Shown piece after piece: positions 24,001-36,300 of a stretch of DNA of 64,000 nucleotides. Location of the stretch: NCBI GenBank assembly GCA_951804945.1, contig OX638149.1, forward strand, positions 85,746,001 through 85,810,000, given 5' to 3'. Position 1 is the stretch's first letter, and every line of letters begins with the position of its first letter. Below the pieces are notes generated by a model that was given only the letters and a program-made list of their open reading frames with translations, was not told the origin of the DNA and ran no database searches. The stretch is from Podarcis cretensis. Taxonomy: Eukaryota. Made by a program: the position numbers and the translations under genes.

Positions 24001-26593
24001 GCCCTAAGGCCTCTGTCCAGTAATGGAGACCCAAAATATGGTCCACAAAACTGGAACGTACAGATTACAGGCCTCAGATTCCGGTAGTGGATTCCTCTGC
24101 AAAGGGGCTTTCTGATTCTGGGGTGTGTGGGATAGAACGAGCTAGTTCAGTCCCAATGCCCAGCTTGCACAGGAGCGAATGACTTTATGTGATCACTTGT
24201 TCTTGGGAGATGCCGGTGTTGCAAGGAAAATGGCCCCTCTCTAACTTTTTCTGCTTGGAACCACTCGTATTTTGTAGGGAGACAATTCCTACAGGCCACA
24301 ACTGTGGTTTAAAGGGGCATTGTAAGGAGGAATTTAGTACCTGTCTCCATTTGCAAGCACATGCGTACCCAGATTCATAAGCGAATGCTTCTCCCACGTG
24401 AATGTGTGTATTTCGTAAGTGTACATAGATTTATTTGCCACTGGCCTGGGTGTTTATTTTTCCTGGGTGTTTATTTTTTGAAAAGGATTCCTTACTCATT
24501 GACCTGTCCCTGCTGAGCGCCCCCCCCCCCGGCAGGTGCTGTGCTGTCTTTTGTAACTCTCAGTTTCCCTCCACCCCTGCAGTGGCACACATGGGTACAT
24601 GGCGCCAGAGGTGCTGCAGAAGGGCGTTGCCTATGACAGCAGTGCTGACTGGTTCTCTCTAGGCTGCATGCTCTTCAAACTACTGAGGGGGTAAGTGGGG
24701 GAGAGCCAAGGTGGAGATGAGTTTGCAGGGATGGGGTGGGAAGGAGGCCTAGCTGGCAAAGGGAGCCATGGTTGAATCCAGAGGGTGCTGGGTTGGATTG
24801 ATTGCAATGGTAATGGCAAGAATTAGAAAAAACCGCCCTGAGATCTACAGGTATTGGGAGCTATACAAATATAAAGAAGTGTTAAGGGGTACCTGTGAGG
24901 CCTGAGTCTCCTTCTGATGCTCTCCTGGCTCTTCCTTCTCAGGCATAGCCCCTTTCGGCAACACAAGACAAAAGACAAGCACGAGATCGACCGCATGACG
25001 CTCACTATGGTAAGGAAATGTCGTCAAGCTCAGTCAGGGATCAGCCTGGATCCCAAAGCTTCCAGGTGCTGAATTGTTCCCCTCTTGCCCCTCGGGTCTC
25101 CGAAATCTCAGATCTTCCCTTTGCCAGTCATCGGAGTTATACCCGTTCTTTGCAGAGCCTGGCTGACCTATACTACATGTCAACTTGCCAGTTTCATGTG
25201 GACTTAGCACATCTTGCCAAATAGATTCAGCATTTTGACATAAGGTTTTTCCTGTGCTGAACCCCCATTATTCTCCCTCGGAGTCAAATATCCCTACACT
25301 TTGGACCGGGTCCATTTCCTTGAGTTCCAGCACCCTCTGTTTGGTTAGCTGGGTGGCTCAATGTGTGCGTTTGTGTGAGGGAAGGAGGGAAATGGGTATG
25401 CAGAATTAAATTTCCCACTATTACTGTAAGTTATGCTACTGCCTAAAGAACATGAATAGATCAGGGACCTTCTATTTTTAGCACCGCACAGAGAAATCAC
25501 AAAGAAATTCCCTTCCCTAGAGAACGTGCAGAGACTGTAAGCAGATGCAGTTTGGTTGATCTCAACAATTAATGTTTGGCAAGGCAAGCAGCACAACTCC
25601 TGCCAAGGTGTCAGGCTGCTAAGCAGTGTCAGGCAAAGGTGCCATTAGAAATTTCTGGGCTGGGCATAAAAATGCTTTGTGCCAGTCTAGGGTGCGGCTG
25701 TCGGGAAAAGGCCCTTCCTCCATGCCTTTGGTGTACAGCTGTGGTGTGGCTGCAACTATTTGCTGTTGAGGTTAATTCAGGGCATGACTTATACAAAGTG
25801 TGTGGCAGGGGTGGGGTTCCCTCTTCATTTAGCAAAAGTTTATGGGTGGTTCTGAGGACTGCTGCTGCAGCTGCTGCTTCTAGAAAGTCCTAGATTTCAA
25901 TTCTTCCTCCAGCAGAGATCATGTGTATCACCCTAGATTTCTGTGAGGGTGTAGGATCCCTCCCACAGCCCTTTTTGCACACAGTAGAACTGGGTAATGC
26001 CGACAGCGAGGGGAAGAGGGAGACAATACTGATCATCATGACAGACTGGGTTTCGATGCATCAGCTGCCTAACTGTTTGACAGGCTTTTTAAGGCCTCAT
26101 GGTGAGATGGGAGGGAGCCGAATGGGGTTTAAGGTACATAAGAGGCAGCTTTGGATGTTTGCAATAGCCAAGCCACTTTTATCGTGCAAGGCAAGTTATG
26201 GAGAAATTGTGCTTGTGGGCAAACTTAAAATAGGTGTGCAATTAAGATAGCTATTTTCAGATCTGTGCTTGCAGTGGCGGAGGAAGGGGTGCAGGGGGTG
26301 CAGTTCACCCCGGGTGTCATCACGGGGGGGGGGGATTTGACAAAATTAGTTTTTTTAAAAAATTGGGCTCATGAAACTTTTTAGGAGTGACGTGGTGGCT
26401 TAGGCGCCTGCAGGTTCTGCACTGCCTGAAACGGCAGCGTGGGACTTGCCTCTGGCTACTGCCTTTCCCTCAGCCACCCTACAGCTGAGGGGGGGGGGCG
26501 CCGGACAGGTTCCAAGCGTTGGAGAGGCTCATCCCGCCCCCAGCTGCAGAACACCCCCCCGCACCAGGCACCCGAGCGGCTAGCTATGCCACT

Positions 26594-26672
<79 letters not shown>

Positions 26673-29600
26673 TTTCACAGCTGGGTTGGCATTTGATATT
26701 AAAACACCTTTTCTTCTGATGACAACTATGGAGTCCTTTAGCCCACTGCCTCTCTCTCCTACACCTGCCAGGTGTGTGATTCCATTGCCACTGGATGAAA
26801 GTTGTCTTTCCTGAGGATTCTCTGTGGGCTCTGGGAATAGGAGGGCCTGTCCCTTCAGTCATAATGAATGAAATAAACCAACCCAATTGTTCTGCACAGC
26901 CTTGAGTCATGGGGACAGATTAGTGGGAATAATGCCCCTAGATACCAAAGGACATTCTTCCTGTACAATAGGAATGAGGAAACTGTGGCACCTCCTCCCA
27001 ATGTTGCTGGACTGCAGTTCCCAGTATCCCTGAACATGCTGGCTGAGGCTGATGGGAGTTGGAGTCCAACAATATCCAGAGGGCCACAGGTTCTTAAACC
27101 CTGGCAGAATCTATCTTACTCCAGATCCTTCCCATCCCCATTTCCATGATTAACATCCAGTGCCCTTTTAAAATGTGTTGGGGAAGGGGTTGTTTTTGTA
27201 AACACTATGTATATTGTATTTTTATATTGTGATTTTATGTTGTAACTGCCCTGAGACCTGCGGGTGTAGGGCGGTGTGCAAATGTAAGAATTAATAATGA
27301 GAATAATTCTGCCCTTCTCGTTCCCACAGGCTGTGGAGCTCCCAGACTCCTTCTCACCTGAGCTGCGCTCTCTGCTGGAGGGGCTGTTGCAGAGAGATGT
27401 GAACCGTCGGCTGGGTTGTATGGGCCGCGGGTGAGTCTCCGAGGGGAACAGCTGAAGCGCCTAGATGGGCTGTAGGGCAGGGATGTTGGTGGGGAGTGAG
27501 ATTCCTGTGGCCCTCCAGTTGTTGCTGGACTGGTTGGTCAGCAGTCAGGGAAAACTGTAGCCCAAGCACATCTGGGAGGCCATTGGTTGGCTGAGGGGAT
27601 TAAGTTGCCCAACCTTCTTATACAAAGAATGCTTTCAGAATTATCAGTGGAGTGGAGTTTTGTTGTTTGGAACCCAGCTAAGAATACTTCAGCCCTTCTC
27701 GTTTGAAAAAAACAACCTGGGGAAATGGACAAGCATGCTATTTCCAGGTGCTCTGGTTGCCACAACAAGGGCAGGTTTAAAATACATATATATCACACTA
27801 CGGGACCAAGAAGTGCCTTCCATTTTTAAAAAAGTATTTATGGGACAGGCTTAACATCCTGCTGTTAGCTTAGCTTTCCCAGGCTCCCTGCTTGCCCTGT
27901 TCCTCAGGTTCAGATTCAAGCCACAATCTGATAACTCAAATTTAGATGACCTTGAAACAGAGGATGTACTGCGGGAGCTAAGGAATGCTCCAGCAACGTT
28001 ATTCCTTTGTCGGCAAGGCTCTGGGCTTTCCATGTAGTACCCTGTTCAGCACAAGACCTAAGATAGGATCTGGAATTCAAAGAATCACTGAGTTTGCTTG
28101 TTTAAAAAAATCCAGTTTATGACTTTTAATGGTTGCAGAGAAGCAATCTTGGACTGAATTAGCTGCTATGTGCAAAATGTGCACCTCATGTTACCCTGCA
28201 CCCCAGCAGTCTGTCTCTTCCCCCTGCTGTCTTTTATTTTCCATTATTTCTGATTTTGTTAGCCTAGTTTTGATTTTTCTCAAAACATAAAATTTTCTAT
28301 CACAACACTTTTCAGGTCTTTTCAGAGCTATGAATCGTTATTACTCACTTGCATATACAATAACTGTTGTAGGGAGAATGGCGGATGGGAGTCCCTGCCT
28401 AGGTACTTGCTGATTCACCCTTTCATAAAATAATAATGGAGCAAATTAAACAATCCTGCCCCAGAATAGGCTATTCTCAACTCTTGCGATGAATATATAT
28501 AACCCAGAAACTGACGTGTCTCATGTAGGGACAAATCAGCTTTGTTTACATCCTGCATCTGATGAAGTCGGCTCTTTCCTATAAACGTTTGTGCTACGAT
28601 GAGTCACTTAGCCTCTAAGGTGTGATGTGCAGACTTCGTGTTAACAGCGTTCTGTGGCTAGGCAATCCAAGTTCTGTGTCAACAAGAGCTGTGTTCTTTG
28701 ACTTGTATATAAGAGGTTTGCACATTTTCTCTTATCAATCACAGTTTCTTCTGAGCTTTTGCTATTTTTGCAGAATTTGCTCTGGTTTTCTTTTTCCATG
28801 GAGAGGCAATAAGCCATACAGAGGACTGAAGCTGCCCGCCCCTGAACCTCTGATCATCTTTCTCTATGTTCAGAGTTTTTAGTAAGCATAGCTCACATAC
28901 TCTCAAATATATATTCAAAACCATTAGGACTACAGACTTGCCTGCCTTAAAAATGGGATCTGAACTTTTCAGAAAGCTGGATTCTGGGCGCAGAATCCAG
29001 CTTTCTGAGAAGTTCAGATCTGCCCTTCTTCTGAGCACCTGCAGAATTGCAGCATTTGCACAGCCCTACCTTTAAGTTGCTCGATGTCTCTCTTGTCCTT
29101 TGTTTGCTGTAACAAAACAGAACAGCTCAGGGTTGTTGGGTTTTTGGGCGGTGGGCAAAGAAGGCACACCAGGCTGAGTTAATCTAGGTGGTAAAAGTCA
29201 AGAGCTGCAGATGTGGTTAGGCCAAGCTAAATCCTGATGTCCTTTTAAACAAAACAAGTTTTCCTTCAAAGGAAGTTGCTCAGCTGTTAGATGAACACAA
29301 AGGCAGCATTCCAGTTGTGTGTGGCTGTTCATGACGAAGCTGCTGTTCCCAAGCTTTTCTCTAGCCCCTAACTCAGGTAGCTGACAAGAGATAGTAATGA
29401 ACAGCACCCAGCCTCCCTCCCCATTGACCAAACTAGCTGGGGCTGAAGGATGTAATAGTTCATACCGTCTCGTGGGCACTGCATTGGCTACCCCTGCCCT
29501 AACTATTCAGTGGTCAGAGGGAGAACTCTATGTAATCTGCGACCGTCTTTCCTACAGGGCGCTTGAGGTGAAGGAGAGTCCCTTCTTCCAGGGTCTAGAC

Positions 29601-30272
29601 TGGCAGATGGTTTTCCTCCAAAAGGTGAGCAGGGCAGTTGGGAAGACAGTAGAGTTGCTGGGGATAAAGGCTCTGCTCGGTCATCATGAATCATAGAGTT
29701 GGAAGGGACCCCAGGGGTCATCTAGTCCAACACCCTGCAATACAGGAATCACCATTAAAGCATCCATGACAGATGGCTACCCAACCTCTGCTTAAAAACT
29801 TCCAATGAAGGAGAGTCCACAACCTCCCGTGAGAGTCTGTTCCACTGTTGAACAGCTCTTACTGTCATAAAGCTCTTCCTGAAGTTTAGTCGGGGTCTCC
29901 TTTCTTGTAACTGAATCCACTGGTTCAGGACCTAGTCTCAAGAGCAGAAGAGAACAAGCTTGTTCCCTCTTCAGTGTGACAGCCCTTTAGGTAGTTGAAG
30001 ATGGCCATCAGGGAAGGAAGGAATTGTAAGGGATAAGCGACTCTCCTCTGCTCCTTGGTTGACTCCCCCCCCTCCATGTCTTCACAGTATCCGCCCCCCT
30101 TGATCCCACCACGCGGGGAGGTGAATGCAGCTGACGCTTTTGACATTGGCTCCTTTGATGAAGAGGACACCAAAGGCATCAAGGTATGTGGTGGGCAGCC
30201 CTTAACCTACTGTCTGCTAGGGCAGCTGCAGTTTCCTCCTCTGCTCTTTGGTTTGAACATACCTCTACTTTA

Positions 30273-30321
<49 letters not shown>

Positions 30322-33300
30322 GCATCTCCCATTTTTCTTCCAAACGTGGCACTCAGAGCAGGTTTAATTACAAATACACAGTGAGGGCTTCAGCAGCAAA
30401 GTGAAAGCAGCAGCGCTAATGGGTGGAACAGTACTGTAGGCTGCAATACTATGTTCTGCTACTAGGGAATAGGGTAATGCAGACAAATGAATGTTACTGG
30501 ACTGATATGTTGGCTTCAGTCCATCTAGTTCAGCACCTTGTCTCTGACACTAAGGCCAGCCACAGACCACTGGGAAGCTCACAAGCAGAGCATGATGGAG
30601 ATAGACACCCCTTCTCTTCCCCCCACCCGCCCCACTTGCTTCCAGTAGTTGGAGCTATACTGCCTCTAAACATAGAGGTTTCATTTATCCTGGCGAACAG
30701 CCATGCGTGTGTTTAAACCTTTGAAGAGCTACTTGGGTAGTGGCCAGCATGTCATCTTTGGTAATGAAGTCCACAAAGTAAATAGCACATAAGACGGGGA
30801 TGTTCAGCCTTAGCCAAACTATTCCTTATATGTGGAAGAAGTTTGTCATACGATTGCTGCATCCCCATGAACCTAAATCTACTGTTCTGAACAGCAAACT
30901 TTGGGAGTGTTTTGAGACGTGTCTAACAATCCAGCAGTTCTCCAAATGCCTTAGGTACTGGGGCAAGCCGAATTTTGTGTAGAGGGGTTTATCGGACTGA
31001 GAAAAGTTACTTGACTTTAAGCCAAAGCGAGTTGCAAAGTAAAGAACAGAAATCACACACACACACACACGGCAATAAAGAACTTTACAATGTGCATCCA
31101 TAGATAAATATACGAAGCATATACCCCACTAAAAGGAAGACCAAAAAAAGAGGCAACAGACATAACTAAATAACCTCCAAATTAAGGTTCGAGGGGCTCG
31201 GTAAATAAAACTGGCACCTAAAGGCAAACAACGATGGTGCCAAGCTTGCTTCCCTTGGGAGAGCATTCCACAACCAGGGAGCCACCATTGAAAAGGCCCG
31301 TTCTTGTGTCACCCCCCTCTCTGCCTCTCTTGGGGGGAGCACACACAGAATGCCCTCAGATGATGAATGCAGGACCTGGGTTTGTTCTGGAGGGGAGAAC
31401 TCCTTTAGGTGGTGGGATCCTGAGCTGCATAATGGTTCCCCCCACCTCTGCAGGCAGGATAGGAGAGGTGTTGTGTCTGAGTTGGTTGGGAGATCAGCTG
31501 GGAAGTGATTAGGGAAAACCTGGTGGGTTTTGGTTTTAGTGTCTAGAAGAGGTGGTGTAAGTCTGGGAAGGTGGAGAAGTGCAGAAGGCAGAGCCAGAGA
31601 GAATATCCATGTCAAATACTTAAGATAGAAAGGAAGAAATGGGACTCACCCCAAACCTCCATAGTAGAAGAATGCTGCTGGATCAGACCAAAGGCCTATA
31701 GTTCTGCATGCTGCTTCCCAGTCAGATAGGCCTCTTAGAAGCCCACAAGGGGGGCATGAGGGCAGTAGCCCTCTCTTGCTGTGATTTCCCTGGCAGCTGA
31801 TATTCAGAGCAGGGGGACTGTGCCTGTTACCCTGGAAACAAGGGCAACGTGGCTCACTTCTCATTCCAGCTGTTGGACAGTGACCAGGAGCTCTATCGCA
31901 ACTTTCCACTCACCATCTCGGAGCGTTGGCAGCAGGAGGTGACAGAGACCGTCTTTGACACAGTCAACGCCGAGACTGACAAGCTGGAGGCTCGCAAAAG
32001 AGCCAAGAACAAGCAGTTGGGCCACGAGGAAGGTGAGACGCAGGGCTGGTAGGACAAGTGGCAGTGGGTTTCCTCATTCAGGCTAGCTCTGCTCCATGAC
32101 CCAGTCCTCCTCAGCCGCCATTGCCACCCAGCTCTGCCTGCCAGAATCCAGTTCGCAGGGCACCTGCTGCTGGAAACTCTTTGCTGCAACGCCCACTATG
32201 GAGAGAAGACATGGCTGGATGACTTGGGTTGTTTCCCCCTGAACTGTTCCCTTTGGTGTCTCCTTGTTTTGTTTCTTGTGGGGGGTTTTCTTTTGTTTTT
32301 GCCTCTCCTTGATGCTCTTCTCTTTGCCATTCCCGTACACAGATTATGCCCTGGGCAAGGACTGCATCATGCACGGCTACATGTCAAAACTGGGGAACCC
32401 TTTCCTCACGCAGTGGCAGAGGCGGTACTTCTACCTCTTCCCAAATCGGTTGGAGTGGCGTGGAGAAGGAGAATCCCCGGTAAGAGGAGATCTTTCCTCT
32501 AAGGAAGGAGGGGAGGGGATAATGGCAGGTTTGGGGTGAGGGTGGTGTGTCTTGCTATATACAAGTGTGAGAGCCTAGGTTTGTCTCATATGGGTTTCGG
32601 GGGGGGGGGCTGGGCAGGGGTAGGATTAGGCATTGATTGCAGTGCCTGGAGGATGGGATTATGTGGAGGTGGGCAAGGGATATAGAATGCATGTTTAATC
32701 TGGGGTTATATAAGTGGCTCTTTCTTTGACCAAAGATGTTTTGGACCCTACAACAGCAGTCACTGCTCACCATGGAAGAGATCCAGACTGTTGAGGAGAC
32801 ACAGATAAAGGATCGAAAGTGCATCCTCCTAAAGATCCGGGGTGGCAAGCAGTTTGTCCTGCAGTGTGACGTGAGTTTTTCCTCACATTGCCTCTCCTAG
32901 AAGAAAGTCCAAAAAGTAGCGAGGTTGCCAAAAATTGGTGATGGGCAGCCCCCAATTTCCCTTGGCATGGTTTGATGACTGGACAGGACTTAGGATAATA
33001 TAGCACATCTTGACTGTTTGAAGTGTTTCACGAACATTATCTCAGTGATTCTTACAAGGCCTTTGTAAGACAGGGGACCATTGTTGTCCCCATAGTGCAA
33101 ATGGGGGGGGGGGGGGGCTGAAGCTGAGAGAGAACTTTGCTTGCAAAACCCCACCCAGTGAATACATGGCAGAGGCAAGATTACAACCTGAGGCTTCCTG
33201 ATTTCACGGCGCTGTGGTCTAAACCACTGAGCCTAGGGCTTGCCGATTGGAAGGTCAGCGGTTCGAATCCCTGTGACGGGGTGAGCTCCCATTGCTTGGT

Positions 33301-36300
33301 CCCTGCTACTGCCAACCTAGCAGTTCGAAAGCATGTCAAAGTGCAAGTAGATAAATAGGTACTGCTCCAGCGGGAAGGTAAACGGCATTTCTGTGCGCTG
33401 CTCTGGTTTCGCCAGAAGCGGCTTAGTTATGCTGGCCACATGACCCAGAAAAACTGTTTGTGGACAAACGTTGGCTCCCTTGGCCAGTAAAGCGTGATGA
33501 GCACCGCAACCCCAGAGTTGTTCGCGACTGGACTTAACTGTTAGGGGTCCTTTACCTTTACCTTTTTATGCTATACTAGTTTGTGGTCTTATTACTGTAC
33601 CTGAGATTAATAAAAATCCTGCTGAGGTCACATTCTACATGTTTGGCTAGGCTTGCCTAAACAAAACTGTGTTAAGTAGGCGCTGAAAAGAATGCAGCCT
33701 GATATCAATAAGCAGGGAGTTCCAAAGGGTTGAGTACTGCCACACTGAAAGAAGAATTTCTTACAAAGGGCTTTATGTGACACCTTGAATGGTGCCAGTT
33801 CCACAGATTGAAGCAAAGTCGGCTATAGTGGTACCTTGGGTTACAAACACCTCAGGTTACAAACACTTCGGGTTACAGACTCAGCTAACCCAGAAGTGGT
33901 ACCTCGGGTTAAGAACTTTACCTCAGGATGAGAACAGAAATCGTGCGGTGGTGATGCAACGACAACAGGAGGCCCCATTAGCTAAAGTGGTGCTTCAGGT
34001 TAAGAACGGACCTCCGGAATGAATTAAGTTTGTAGCCAGAGGTACCACTGTATTCCCAAGCTGTTAAAGGCTTTATATATAAATAGTAACACCTTGAATG
34101 GTAACAAATCAGCAACCAGTGCAGATCTCAGAACAGAGGTGTAATATGATGGCAGGATCTCTCTCCAGTCAGCAGCCATGCTGCAGCATTCTGCACTAAC
34201 TGCAATTTCTGGATCAAGCACATGGGAAGGTCCACATAGAGTACATTGCAGCAGTAATTCAGCCTTGAAGTCAACAGTGCCTGTGATTAAGCTCTCCTGG
34301 TCAAGGAACGATCATAGCTGTTATACCATGTGCAGCTGGTAAAAGGTGCTTCTAGCTGCTTAGGGTACCAGAAGCACTCAAAAATTGTGTGCCTGCCCCT
34401 TCAAGAAGAGAGCAACTCCATTCAAGGTGGGCAAATGACAAATTTCTCTGACACAGGAAACACCCACGGTGCCTTCATCCTGCCAGGGTAGATCGATAGT
34501 GAAGGGGGCTTGAAGTTTGCAGCTTGTTTTAGTCACTTGGAGGTATTAGGCCAACACCTTTCTGAAGTTGTATTCTTGATATGGTAGGTTGTTCTGGTCA
34601 GATGAGATCAGGGGAAGGGTGGATGGTCCTTTCTTGCAGTTGAATCAAATTTGAACCCTCAGGTGTAAGATGAATCAGAGGCACAAGTATCTTGTAGCTC
34701 TTTGTGTTTGTTTCTCATTCAAATCTGAAACAGATCTTTTCAAGTCTATCCTCACAAGGGGGTGAGCAAGTGTGGGGACAGCTTAGGAGAGCCAAGAGAA
34801 GAGATAAGAGTGAGATGACAGAGCAGAAACAGGAAGTGTAAAACAGTTGTGCTTCCTGTTCTCCCTATTTAACTCGATGGCCTGTGTTCCCTTCCTGTTC
34901 TGTGATTTCTTGAATTCTATGATCACGAGGTCCCCTACAGGCTACTGGAGGAGGGGGAGCCCCTTCTCAATCTATGGGGAGGGGGAATGTCGTGTTCAGT
35001 TAAGAAAGCTAGTTCACATTTTAGAAGACTATAAATAGGGCGGTGTGTGCTTTGCATCAAAAGGGGAAGAAATTTCTCTACAACCAGAATAATTATATGT
35101 ATTCATCAGATGTACAGAATATAGCTGAAGCTGCATAATTCTCTTAGAACTTGTTCAAGCCTAGAGGAGTTGGAGTAGCGTGTGTTATTGTATTGGGAGG
35201 CAAGGACTTTGCGTGGGTGCAAGAAATTTATCCCTTTGCTGGAAAACCCATCTGCAGTGCAATCCTAAACTTGCCTACTCTGAAGTAGGCCCCACTAATT
35301 CAGTGGGGTTTTCTTTTCCCCAGGCAAGTTTGTATAGCGGGGTAGCTAACCCACGGGCCAAATCCATCCTCAAGAGTGGAGACACACACATACGTAGCCC
35401 CAAAATAAATTGACGATTGAATTTGTGCTATTTTTTAAAGCCTGCATTTTTGCTGAGGTGTCCCTCACTGTCACTGTGATGGTCCTACTGCAGATAGCCT
35501 AGCCAGCATCCTCAAAATTGGGTGCCTCTGCCTTGACCTTTCAAAGGCACCTCTTCTCCCTCTCATGCTGCAATGTTGATAGATCTATAGTACTCAGGAA
35601 TCTGTTTTTAACAAAGGCCATATTTTGAATTAAGGGAAGGTTAATCATTGGCTGCGTCCATTGTCTCACTCCTACATGACCCCATATACAGGCAAGCACC
35701 TCTTTAACCCCTCTCTGCTCCAGTATGAGTAGTCATAGGGGCTTTGGCAGTCTGCCCTATATTGTGCCCCTGAGATCTGGCTTTCATGTGCAAGCCAAGC
35801 AACAGGCAAATTTGACTGAGCAGTTGTGATGCATAAGAGGAAATCAACACAAGTAATATGTGTGGGAATTAAACAGCCTTTTGCCTGTGTGTTGGTCCAT
35901 GCAGGAGAAAAGCATCTTAGGTGAACAACAAGATGTTCCTTATGATCAGGGGCTGTGCTGAGAAAGTCTTTACCTCTGTCTTCCTATTCCTTCTCTACAG
36001 AGAGAAAGTATTGGTGCTAATGGGCTGGCACAGAGAGGTGCCATTAGGAAATAATGCCTGAAAGCATTAACCATTTGTACACAGCTTCCAGAATTTTAGT
36101 CTGGTGGTTGTTTTCTGACAACATTTAGAACATTTAAAAACAATCACATGATTGCACAGCTAATGATGTCAAGGGGTTGCCAAGAACAGTATCTTCCAGC
36201 CGTCATAGGCCTGGTTAAACAGGAATGTTTTTAAGTTGCTCCCAAACCTTAATAATGAGGGAGATGGATGCATCTCACCTGGGAGGGTATTCCATAAACC

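Noticed and set aside
30186-30404. ORF with a poly-Asn run
   Set aside because: Translation of an intronic (AAT)15 microsatellite.
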